Positions 53,401 through 64,000 of a stretch of DNA of 64,000 bases are shown here, one piece after another. How positions within the stretch are numbered: position 1 is the stretch's first letter; the number at the start of each line of letters is the position of its first letter. Under the pieces are notes generated by a model. It did not search any database. It had not been told where the DNA came from and saw nothing but the letters and a program-made list of their open reading frames with translations. The DNA is from Paraspadella gotoi (Eukaryota; Animalia; Chaetognatha). The position numbers were made by a program, and so were the translations under genes. The stretch covers positions 827,756 to 891,755 of the forward strand of contig CM119263.1 in NCBI GenBank assembly GCA_051294375.1. Direction: 5' to 3'.

Positions 53401-54927
53401 GAATTTTATGAAATTGGTACAACCAATATAAAAATTATCCATTCATTTAATAAATAAGCTACTTGCCCCTGACTTTGGACAGGCTTTGGTGGTTTAAGGC
53501 CTCCATCACTCTTACAGAATAATAACATAGCAGGTCCCTGCAAGCTTTCAATCAAGACTCTCTCACAGTCTCGTTTATTCACTCCCAGAGTACCTGGCTT
53601 CCCTATCAATGAAGTGGTATAATATTTCAAAGAATGTTTCAATTGTATGAAAAGACAACATGTATGAAAAGACGCACATGTATGAAAAGACCACATTATT
53701 TACATACATTTTCTTTGACATTGTATCATCTGTGAAAAAAATGACCAAAAAAAATGATAAAATGAAGCAATAAGGACTCAAACTCAATTGTCCCTCTTGC
53801 TGTCAACTAGAATGTCAGTCGCAATTTAAAATGTATTACCAATTTATAAATTACTTCTTGTTGTTTACTATTCATTAAAAAGCTGTCAAAGTTTACACTG
53901 TCGTTAACTGACCCAAACTACTTGATTGACAAACCTGAACGACGTCGATGAATTCGAGTTGAAGTCTGTCCAGCGACGCGTTGACCGACTCTTCCGTCTT
54001 CTCGCCAGAGTAGTCGTACATTTTCAAAACGTCGGGAGAATATTTACCCACTTTTGTTGTCACGATGTATGCCTGGCGCGGGACGTCTTTCAAAGCCTGA
54101 ACACAATTGATAGGGGATGGAGTACGATAGTTAAGCCCCCTTTTCGCCTTATTTCCCAAAAACGGCCCATTTTATAGTAAATTAAAGATTAGTTTATAAA
54201 TATAAAAATATATTTAGGTTAAATATTAAGATTAAAATCAAATTTTGGGAAAATCTAACAAGAAGGGGGAACTCTCAGAAAAGAGAGCCTATTTTTCAAT
54301 GGTTAATGGTGAATTAAAGGACGTGACCTCACCTGACCCAAAACTTGCTCGGCGCGGCCAAAGTTAAAGAAGGGAGCGCAGTCGAGATAGTTGATCCCCT
54401 GGCGGACGGCCTCGTGGACGATCTTGATGTGATCCTCGACGGTGATGCCGCGGAAGATGGCGCCGAGTTGCGCGCATCCTAGCGGGACAAACAAGAGACC
54501 ATCTTGACATTTAGACTTTAGAGTACGTCGTTTAAAAAAGTCGTTTTCCTCAGTAGCTGCGGAACAGCGAGTCGCCCTCAAAAATATTACGAATGAAGAC
54601 ATAAAAATAAAATGAGGTAACCAGTGACCCTTTACTACTTGACCATTCCACTGGCCCTGATATTATTTATCTATGTAAATAAAGCCGGCAAATAACCCCA
54701 ACGTTCAGCACCGAAAGGCAACAGAAAACATTTTAACTAACCTCGCCCCCATCCCCCCCCAAAACCCCGCCGACAACCAAATTCTGTTTAAAACAAATTT
54801 GGTCACGAAATCTAGACAAACCTAATCCCAGAAAGGAGACATTGAGGCCCGTTTTGCCCAAAGGGTGATACTGCATCTTGTTTACGCTCTCCTCGTTGTG
54901 AAACCAATCCACGAACGTTTTCGGCAT
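50450..54927 (-). CDS. Aldo-keto reductase family protein, L-galactose dehydrogenase-like (6 exons: 54822-54927, 54333-54478, 53935-54096, 51518-51751, 51027-51244, 50450-50663)
   Basis: Phase-compatible GT-AG exons giving MQYHPLGKTGLNVSFLGLG...AVRQGINYLDCAP...AEQVLGQAL...TTKVG...SLDRLQLEFIDVVQ...GKLRFIGVTGY...ASPVAMGLL...HPA. Confidence 0.9.
51898..51979 (+). tRNA. tRNA-Ser(AGA)
   Basis: Full cloverleaf: GCAGTTG/CAACTGC acceptor stem, ACTGA-CT-AGA-AA-TCAGT anticodon arm, ACGG/CCGT variable arm, ACAGG-TTCGAAT-CCTGT T arm, G discriminator, downstream T-run terminator. Confidence 0.95.
52002..52959. mobile_element. MITE-like element with long terminal inverted repeats in AKR intron 3
   Basis: ctacatggtgaca... 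/ ...tgtcaccatgtag inverted repeats extend about 370 bp; no ORF; TA dinucleotides near both ends. Confidence 0.8.
53005..53075 (-). mobile_element. Degenerate tRNA-like / SINE head
   Basis: Minus strand has a gttcgatccc B box with a tRNA-like stem layout but poor pairing. Confidence 0.45.
53087..53655. repeat. Direct duplication of a ~245-bp dispersed repeat (53087-53332, 53405-53655), with a related copy at ~1772-1873
   Basis: Two near-identical copies; the reverse complement matches gatgg..cc.ttaa.cca...cctgtc.aaagtcag...tatttattaaatgaatggataatt at 1772-1873. Confidence 0.8.
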
Positions 54928-55382
54928 TCCCCTTCGTGAAAGTAGGTCAATATTTAGTCAAAATTCCCCACGAGATTTTCATAGTTTTATTTAAACATTT
55001 GACGTATGAAGGTTAAAAGTAGAAACGGATACATTAAAAACGTAATAATTTTTGTTTTTAAATTTGTAAAAACATTTTATAGGTTCGGATTAGTTAAACT
55101 ATTAAACATTACAATTTCTACTAACCCTTTTCTTTTGTCCAATTCTCCCTTTGTCCACATGCTCGTTCCGACGTGCTCCATTTTTTAATTTTTGATATCA
55201 AAATTTCAATCGATTTTTTTTCACTTTTGAACACAAAACTTAAATACAAAAAAAAGATGCTTTTTTTCACCGGTTGAGTTCTGCTGGTGCTGTTCTCACG
55301 GATTCACGATTCACAATCGTCGATCCTCGAAGCGTCTGATTTTCGCAAGAGATGAATATCGATCGCTCGTGATTCAATGGGG

Positions 55383-55419
<37 letters not shown>

Positions 55420-56639
55420 GACCGCCTCCAAAGGATGAAGATCCTCCCGAATCGTCTCGACCGCTCCGACGAATCTTCGAGGCTTCGACACCCAATCTTC
55501 TCAACCTCGAGATGGTGTGTTCATTTGTTTTTTTTTTTACATTATTTTTCGGTCCGTTAATTCATAATGAAAATTTTTATATATTTATTTATATTGTATT
55601 CGCGATATGAAAAAAAAACCTTTTCAAAAATTATAAATTTTGTTTTCCGAAAAAGGACGAAACCTCAACAAAGAAAATCAAATAATTTTTTAAAATTTGA
55701 TAAGATAAGTTATGATATGTTGCTGCGAGTATGGAATCTGCCGAGAGCTGGCGAGCGAATACCGGAAACATCACACTAAACCAGCGTGACCGTGAGGGGA
55801 TTGAACACGGTACTCATCGTTGGTGAGCTAGTACTTAGCTATCCAAGCTAATGGGACGAGGAGAGCTTCATTTAGCTAAACGGGGGCAAATTTAGGATTC
55901 GCCACAATATGTGTTCTTAGAACCTTTTTTGCTATCCCCTTAGTTTTCAATCAGAAACAAAGAAATATAAAACTAGAAATAAAAAAAAGCTTGGTCGGTC
56001 TGTCTCTCTCTTATCTCTCTGCTTCTATTTTGTCTGACTTAAAAACTCCAGCGAAATGTCAAAAATGATTACAAAGACGTAATCAGGAACTTAATCAAAA
56101 GGAAAGGAAATATTATAAGCCAAATCATAAGCCTTCGATTTTTATTTTTAGAACGTCACGTATCAATTCGTATAGATTCAATCAAATAAATTCTACAATA
56201 TCCTTTTTTTTCGCGGCAATCTAATATGAAATTCTATTACAAAACCATAAAAAATGTATTAAAATTAAATTAAACAAAACGACTAGTATCGAAAAGAGAA
56301 AGTTTCTTTGGAAAATTCTTACAAAATTATTCACAATTAGAAATAAAAAAAATTATATAAAATTTAATTTTCCTACAAAAATTAAACAACAAAATAAATA
56401 GAAACAAAAGACGCACAGTTAATAAATTGATGCGAAACAACATTTGGTTTACGAATCGTGAAAAAGAGAAACAGTAAAATGCTACGTCGATTGATTGATT
56501 GATTGAGCCCCACCGAGAAAAAAATATTAATGAATGCTAAGCATCAATGAACCGAAAACAAGGCACCCAATTAAAATGTGATAATAATCTTATAAAAGGT
56601 TAAGACACTTGAACCGGAATTTGTTTGTTTTTAATCTAC

Positions 56640-56793
56640 TCGATCGTCACTCGATTATCACTCGATCGTCACTCGATCGCCAATCGATCGCCAATCGATC
56701 GTCACTCGATCGTCACTCGATCGTCACTCGATCGTCACTCGATCGTCACTCGATCGTCACTCGATCGTCACTCGATCGTCACTCGATCGTCAA
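56640..56793. repeat. 11-bp tandem repeat (tcgatcgtcac)n abutting the HMG-box gene stop codon
   Basis: About 13 units, directly visible. Confidence 0.9.
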
Positions 56794-59700
56794 TCGTCGT
56801 ATCTTTTGTAAATCGACGTTGATCGTCTCGAAGACTTTGGACGAAGGCCGACGATTTGATTCGAATCTTCAGCGCCGCTTGACGAAGAAGTGGCGACTTC
56901 GGGGGCGTCGCTTTGTGACGAGGCGACGCCGGCGGAGTTGGCGGCGTCGCTGGGCGTTTTTGAGTCCTCGGCCGACGTCTTGTCGGTCTCGTCGGCATTG
57001 ATCGATTCCTTGTCGGCCGGAATGTCGGCCGGAATGTCGTCCTTTTTCGAATTATTCTCCGGCGATTTCCCGTCGTTCGAACCGGCGCTATTTTCTCGGC
57101 TTCCACCGCGGCGCGTCTTTAACGGCGACGTCTTTTTCGTCGGCGCGGCGCCGGATTTTTCCTCGGCGCCTTTCTCATCGTCGACGCCGCCTTCGTCGAT
57201 GAGCAGATTGGAATCCTCGTCGGTCTCCGAAGCGTCCGCGTTGGACTCCGATTCGAGGCGGCGTCGGACATGTGATACCGGCGTCTTTTTCGGCGTGGTC
57301 GCGATGGAATCGACGCTGGATCCTTCGGCTTCCGTCGCCGGTTTTTTTTCCGGCGAAACGGATTCGAAGAGGAGTTCATCGTCGCCGACAACGACTTCCG
57401 TTTTGATGACGACTTTTTCCGGCGTCTCGGCTTTCAACTGATGCTGCTGTTGCTGCTGCAAGAGATTGTGCAACAGTTTTGAGGTTCGACCCGCGGAATC
57501 GGACCCTTCTTCGTCGGCTTCGTCCAGGAGCGTCTTCGTAGGGAAAGGCGTCACCACACCGGTCGAGGTTCTGGAAGGAAATAATTATGTTGAGAAATCA
57601 AATGTACCGTGGTTCAACCACAATAAAAATTATTTAATAAATATTTTTAAAAAAAGCAATCTTACCCCGTGACTTCGAAAATACTAAAACTATTTTGACG
57701 GGATAGCAAAGAAAGTCATGAAAAGCAAAGCGGAAGATAAAGCAAGAGCATTTATGTTATTATATTATTATATTATATTATTATATATGTAATTAAAAAG
57801 TCACAATTAATGTGATAACGTCCTTTTAAAGCATTTATTCACCTGTGAAGTCTATCGTCATTCCCGGCGTAAACGGAGAGAGCGCCTCCTCTTTTCCCGG
57901 CAAAGGAGGAACTGGCGCCGTCGTTTCCGGCGAAGGGGGAACCGGATGAGACGCAAACGGCGCCGATCGAAGTTCGGATTTGATTTCCGGTCGATTCGGG
58001 AGAACGGACCAAAGTCGCCTGACCCAAATTCGGGGCGATGGGGACGTAGGGTGTCTGATTTAGATTTAAGGGTTTAAATTAATAAGATTATATTAATTTA
58101 ATTTAATTTAATTGTTAAATTAATTGTTTTCCTTTTTGTTTTTTTTTTTGTTTTTGTTTCCTCACCGCACTTTGCGAGTAGTCTTTCTTTTTTCTCGGCA
58201 ACCTCGAATGCTTGGGTTGGTATTTGTAATGCGGAAAAATCTTTTTGTGTTCTGAACGAATAAAATAAATATTAAAGCTGCCTCACTGCTGTCCCTCCTC
58301 AGCCTCGTCTCAATGGCTGAGCAGGATAAATCATCTCGTTAAAACCGTGCGTCCCGGGTTCAATCCTTGGGTATCCCGGTTCTGGCTTAAATGTAATGGA
58401 GCCGGTCAAAACATGCCAATGACAGGGTGCAGTCACTGAGGGTCTGCAGCCCCTACGCCAGTTGGTGAGATACCCCGCGTCCCGGTTATCACTGTCAAAT
58501 TCGACCTAAAGCAACTTTCCATCGACAACCCGGCCTCACTCACTCGACACCCTTTCCTCACCCAATCGATGCTCCTCGGCCTTCTTCTGCCACTCCTGCT
58601 TCTCCTCCGTCGGGAGGGCGTTCCATTTCGCGCCGAGGATTTTGGAAAGGTCGGCGTGATGGATCTCGGGTCTTTCCGATCGAATTATCTCGCGCATGTG
58701 TTTGGACCAGAGCATGAACATGTTCATAGGGCGGACAATCTTTTTAGGATCGCGTCTGAGCCGAATAAAAACAAAACAAAAAGAGATGGATTTAATATTA
58801 CGTGAATGCGAATTAATTAACTACAGTCCTTAATAAAAACCACGAAACGATGTACTCTCTTGGGTATTCAGCGGTTTTTCTTATAAAACAATTTTTCAAA
58901 AGACTTTTAGAATGAAACTCTTTCGAATTCCTCTCATGTTTACTCGCCTCAAATAATGAGTCGCTTCTACTAACTAAACGCTTGTACATAGGATTAGCAG
59001 ATTTCACTTAAAACCTTTGAATAAAACTTGAAGCATCAGATAGACCGCACATCTGAGAAGTTTCACGGAAGAATTTCAAAGCAGCACTCATTCTAAGGCT
59101 TTTTCTCAAGACTTGCGAATAATTTTCGAAGCATCCCTTTATAGTGGACTAAAATCCACCGACCGTTCATCAGCGGCCATCGGTGCAGGAGGAAAGTCAT
59201 TCGCCTCCCAACCCAAAGGACCGGGGTTCTAGCCCGGTGGTCGCCTAGCAGTTAAGAGGGGCGGGTCGCTTAACCCGACTGTAACACAAGTTACAGCTTG
59301 ATCCGAAGCTCAGGGACTGCTTATACTGAACGGTTCTGTTACTAACAACAATCATTACAGTCTCTTCACCTTTACATTTTAGTTGGCGTGAAGACACATT
59401 TAACCACACCAGACATCACCTTAAGGCTTTAGCGTGAGATTTGGAGATGGCTTTGATGGGTTCTAATGGCGGCGGCGACTCCGACGCTTCGCAGGGCTTC
59501 GGTGCGAGAGGTTTTCCGAAGACGACACCCAACGACGTCGACTGCCTGACGACCCTGGACACGGATCTCGACGCCCAGGGCGGAAGAATGCAGCCTGGGG
59601 TTTGGAGTGGACCGGTGACAGCTCGAGTATCTGATCGGGAGACAATGTGATTTTGTCATGAAATGAGAGTAACGAACCCTGAAGAGACATAAGGTTTTAT

Positions 59701-61717
59701 TTTGAGAGGTTAATGATACGATGACCTTGGAGCTCGGAATAAAACCGGTCAAATACAGAAAAAGAGAGAAAGAGAGAGAGAAAAAGAGAGAAAGAGAGAA
59801 AGAAAGAGAGAGAGAGAGTAATAACTTTTATATTATTCTTATACACAATCGCAGGAGTATCAAGCCACCTTGTTGATGCTAGTTCAGGGTACAAAAGTAA
59901 TTATCAAATCCGAGTTAATAAATTAGATTGGCAGAGAGCATCGATTGAACGCTACAAAGCACAGTATTGCTATCTTGTAACATGGTTGAAGGCATTATAA
60001 ATAAATAAATATTTTAAATTGGATGAACCAATTATATATAGAATATTAATTTAGTAACTAATATTAGTAAATCAATAACGAAAACCTTACCATGACTCTC
60101 CACGCCCACTGGATCGATTTCCTCGTCCTCGGAACCGGATTCCGAGGTTTGCGACGTCGTCGTCGTCGTCGTCGCATTGAGCGGAGGTGGAATCGAAGCG
60201 GATCTCGAGATCATTCGTCCATCGAGACTCATGTAGTAGCCTTGCAGAGACTCAGGGGCGTGCCAAGACGATCCAGCACCGGCGACAGGGGTGTCGGCAT
60301 TCCCGGAGTCTTCCGTTCCCGTTTTGACGCCGCCGACAGAGGAGAGACGAGGGCGCTTCTTCGGCGGAAGGTTGGACGGAGTGGGGTCCGCCTGATCGGA
60401 GCATTTGTCGGCCCCTGTTGAAGACAGATTGTCGAGTGAGGTGTTGTTGTTATCATTGTTGTTGTTGTCGTTCACAAACCGTTGATTTGGAGATTGAGCG
60501 GCTCCTCGCCTCCATCCCCCGCGGAGTCGGATCCCGTCGACGATCTGTTCCGACTTTCGACGGTCGACTTCGTTTTCTCTGAAGGAAAAGAAACAAAATA
60601 AAAATAAATAAATATAAAAGTCTTTAGAAAATTGATTTAAAAAAAAATTGTTTAATGTTTATCATGGCAAACAGCGTACAGAGTATAAAACTAGAAGGAA
60701 TCGGTAGTCTATGACCACTGGTCATATTAATGTTTATTATGACAAACAGTCTTACAAAGTTTAGTACAACAGCAACTTACCCACGGAGTTGGCGTCAACG
60801 CCTTGGTGACTCGAGTTCGGCGATGTTAGGGGCGTGGCCTGCGGTCCAGCGAACTGGGCGTTGTTGACGACCTGATCGGAGTGCTCCAGCATCGCGAGGA
60901 CGTCGCCCACGGTCTTCATGCTGTGGAGGTTGATGAACGCCGAGCCTGTGAGAAATTAACTTTGTGAGAAATTTCTGAGGAGAGAACGATTAGACAATTG
61001 CGAGGTTTGAAATATATGGACATATGGCTACTAGCCATTGGCTAGTGGCTACAGTTAGTCCCTGAGTTTAACGTCCGTCCCCCTTACTAGAAAGCACAAG
61101 GCGCGATTATGAGAATGCTTGGTGCTAATGGTATCAAACAAGTTAATTACTTATTATTTGCATCAATTTCGGCACAAAAATATTTCGTTGACCAAATCTT
61201 GGACAATTAAAGTTTCTCAGTCTGACCGGTGACCTTTAAAGCCTCAGATTTATGAACAATTAAAGTTTTTTTGTCTGACCCGTGACCATTAAAGATTCAG
61301 ATTTATGAACAATTAAAGTTTCTTTGTCTGACCCGTGACCTTTAAAGCTTCAGATTTTCAATGAAAGATTTTCAATGAAATATCACTTTTTGACAATCAA
61401 TCAATCAATCGATACTTCCCCTTCATTTTCACCTTCTTTGACGCCCTGACCGGCGGACTTTCGCACTGTCGTCTTGTAAATGTCCATGACGGTCTCGTAC
61501 CCTCCGGCCATGGCGGGACGTTGGATCCGGTATAGCTCCAGGAAGACAGTCTTCCTCCAAGTGAAGTCAAGATCCGCTGAGCTGATGAAGCCCATAGCGA
61601 AGCAGATCCCGCGGTCGAGCACGTGGAGGCTCCAGCCGAGAGGGAGGAAGGCTGGAATAAGTTGGACCATGTCTTGGATGGTGGAGATGGGGAAGTCGGT
61701 CGAGGTGGTTTGGGTGG
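56790..61717 (-). CDS. Atypical Sox-like HMG-box protein (exons 61451-61717, 60781-60945, 60091-60578, 59420-59630, 58562-58755, 58166-58251, 57843-58054, 56790-57570; 5' end not located)
   Basis: HMG box KIVRPMNMFMLWSKHMREII...LSKILGAKWNALPTEEKQEWQKKAEEHRLEHKKIFPHYKYQP. All junction phases are compatible; one apparent 1-bp deletion near 60480. Confidence 0.85.
58307..58520 (+). mobile_element. tRNA-derived SINE-like element
   Basis: tggctgagcagg A box and gggttcaatcc B box; cloverleaf not intact. Confidence 0.5.
59174..59345 (+). mobile_element. tRNA-derived SINE-like element
   Basis: A-box-like ggccatcggtgcaggagg and B-box-like ggttctagccc followed by a non-tRNA body; in an intron of the HMG-box gene. 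Confidence 0.5.
61205..61355. repeat. ~55-bp tandem repeat, 3 copies, intronic
   Basis: acaattaaagttt...tctgacc..tgacc.ttaaag..tcagattt repeated. Confidence 0.85.
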
Positions 61718-62638
61718 CTGGGGAGAGTTGGGAGGTTTGGAGGTGGGTAGTGGAGGAAGATATTGAGAGAGATTAAAAAAAGTGTATAAGATATTATGTA
61801 GTCAGTAAGCGACGTGGAGTTATTGCTTTTTTTTTTTGAAACTAAACTGCGGCGCAAAAAAAGTAGCCACTTTTTTCACACACAAAAAGAATAGATTAGA
61901 TGACTTAATTTTACAAAGATATAGAAACATAAAACAAAGCTTATTGAAAGATGAAATGATTGATCCGAATCCCATTAATATTGAGAAAAGTGTATTTAAA
62001 GCTAAAGAGTGGTTACTTTTTTTGCGCCGCAGTGTACGTAATTGGTATTTTCATATCATTGCGCAATATATATTCTCATTGAAGGCTATTAGTTATTAAA
62101 CAGTTTTGACTTTTATAATTGTTTTAGCTCGTGGTTCCTTTATTTATAAACACCCGTTTGTTTTTTGTTTTTTTTTACTGAATTAAAACTGACCTTCATT
62201 GTTGACAAATTCGTATTCCGTCGACGACTGAAGCTCAACTTTCATTTCCATCTCGAAAAGAATTTAATTTTCCGCTTTTTTTCTATTTTTTTTTCGATAG
62301 AAATAATTTTTTGTTTTGCTGAGAACCTAGAAGAAAAGATAAGAGACATAAAAATCAAATGGAAGGAAAAACCTTAAAAAATGACAAAATCCCTGCAGAA
62401 GGACAACGACGATGCTCTTAAGGGGACAAGAATGAAAAAAAAAACCAGAATAAAACTGAGATGTTGTATTAAAAGGGACAAGAACGAGGAAAATGTTCGA
62501 AATGCAAAAAAACTTTTGAGAAGGGAAACTACAAAGAAAAAGATAACAGGCGAAAATCTCGAAAACAAATGAAACGTTTTCGAACAAAAGAAAATATAAG
62601 ATAATGATTTTCGGCCAGCGAAGAAAAAATAACGTATC

Positions 62639-62689
<51 letters not shown>

Positions 62690-63001
62690 CGATCTCTCAG
62701 AAATGTAAGTTTCGAGGCAAAAGAGTTTTGAGATTAAGATTTCCAAGTCCAAAGGCAGAGAACATAGTCACTCTTAACCAGTCTAAGGAACAATTCATTT
62801 TTTTAAACGAGAAGAATGAAAATAAGAAAAACAACAACAAAAAAAGTTTAAAAAAACTTTTAAAAGCGTAAAAATTTGCGGGTAAAAAATCTTTGACTTT
62901 TCCGATCGAATTCGCGGTTTGAGATTTTTAATTCAGAATGAGAAAATGTGAAAAATAGATAGAAGCGAGAAAGACGACAAATACTTGGCATATTAAAATG
63001 A

Positions 63002-63058
<57 letters not shown>

Positions 63059-63552
63059 AGAACATTTTTGAGTCGAATGAAATAAATAGGAAAAGGGACA
63101 CATGAAATACGAAAAGAAAAAGAAAGCGCAAAAAAAAAAAAAAATTAATACAATGGAATATGCTTTTCTAACAGCGAAACGACATAAAAATGAAATTTTA
63201 AAAGCCCGTAATAATGAATAGTTAAAAACTTTGATAATTATATCGCTCAGTTTAAAAAATACAATGGTCATGGCATAGAAAATACTACTAAATATCATGC
63301 TTTGAGATATTAACGTTAACGGATAATAATTTGTTTACCAACAATAAACAACAAAAAAAGTTCGTGAAATATAAAAGGTGTGAGACAAGAGAACCTGTTA
63401 GAAGGATAACGAAAGGAAGGTTAACGATTGTCTTCTCGTGATGGCAGAGTCGTTGTTCCGAGTCGCATGACGTAGATTCGTCGCTTAGTTATTTTCTTTC
63501 TTTCTCTCTCTCTCCCTTCTTCCCATTGCGCCGTTGTCCTTCCCTTTTTCAA

Positions 63553-63677
<125 letters not shown>

Positions 63678-63712
63678 ACGAACAATCGCTCTCTTGTTAT
63701 ATCATCGTCTTT

Positions 63713-63744
<32 letters not shown>

Positions 63745-64000
63745 TCGCGCTTCTCAGCTTTTATCTCTGTCTGTTGTTCTCCCGCATTAGAGAATCGGCT
63801 TTTGTGCTGTTGTGTCGAAGCCCGTGTAGAAGGAAGAGAGAAAACTGAGAGAGCCGCGGCTTTGGTCGACGAGCGGACGAGCCAGGGATTTTCTTTGTCT
63901 TTAGTAAAGAGAAAATCTAAAAAGGAGAGCGAGGGCGATAGCCAACATCCTTTAAGGATAGAGCACAACAGAAAAAAATACGATAATGAAAGGGAATCGG

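Noticed and set aside
55770-55860. tRNA-like sequences at ~19310-19370, ~26600-26660 and ~55770-55860 as tRNA genes
   Set aside because: B-box-like words are present but the stems do not pair into a cloverleaf; at best decayed SINE heads.
56890-57441. Plus-strand 183-aa ORF
   Set aside because: Antisense shadow of the GC-rich last exon of the HMG-box gene.

Overview
AT-rich, microsatellite-rich genomic DNA from an invertebrate animal. It is a draft assembly with N gaps and many 1-bp indels typical of long reads. Three spliced minus-strand genes can be reconstructed by eye. (1) An ecdysone-receptor/NR1H-type nuclear receptor: DBD and LBD exons at 6117-17128, a probable long A/B region to about 26.5 kb, and a possible first coding exon at 40.8 kb. 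(2) An L-galactose-dehydrogenase-like aldo-keto reductase (50450-54927) whose catalytic Tyr and His appear substituted; one intron holds an intact tRNA-Ser(AGA) and a MITE. (3) An atypical Sox-like HMG-box protein (56790 to at least 61717) with an LxxLL motif and an unrecognised N-terminal domain. Between them are a ~3.9 kb tandem duplication, whose first copy carries a 2.96 kb Chapaev-like foldback element with an AATA target-site duplication, plus minisatellites and tRNA-derived SINE-like repeats. The most unusual observations are in the receptor: a tandem array of a ~24-nt microexon with its splice sites, a tandem array of an exon/5'-splice-site junction, and a mix of EcR-like and LXR-like LBD features. 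Much of 6.4-12.8 kb looks like low-quality gap fill. All family assignments come from recalled motifs, not database searches.
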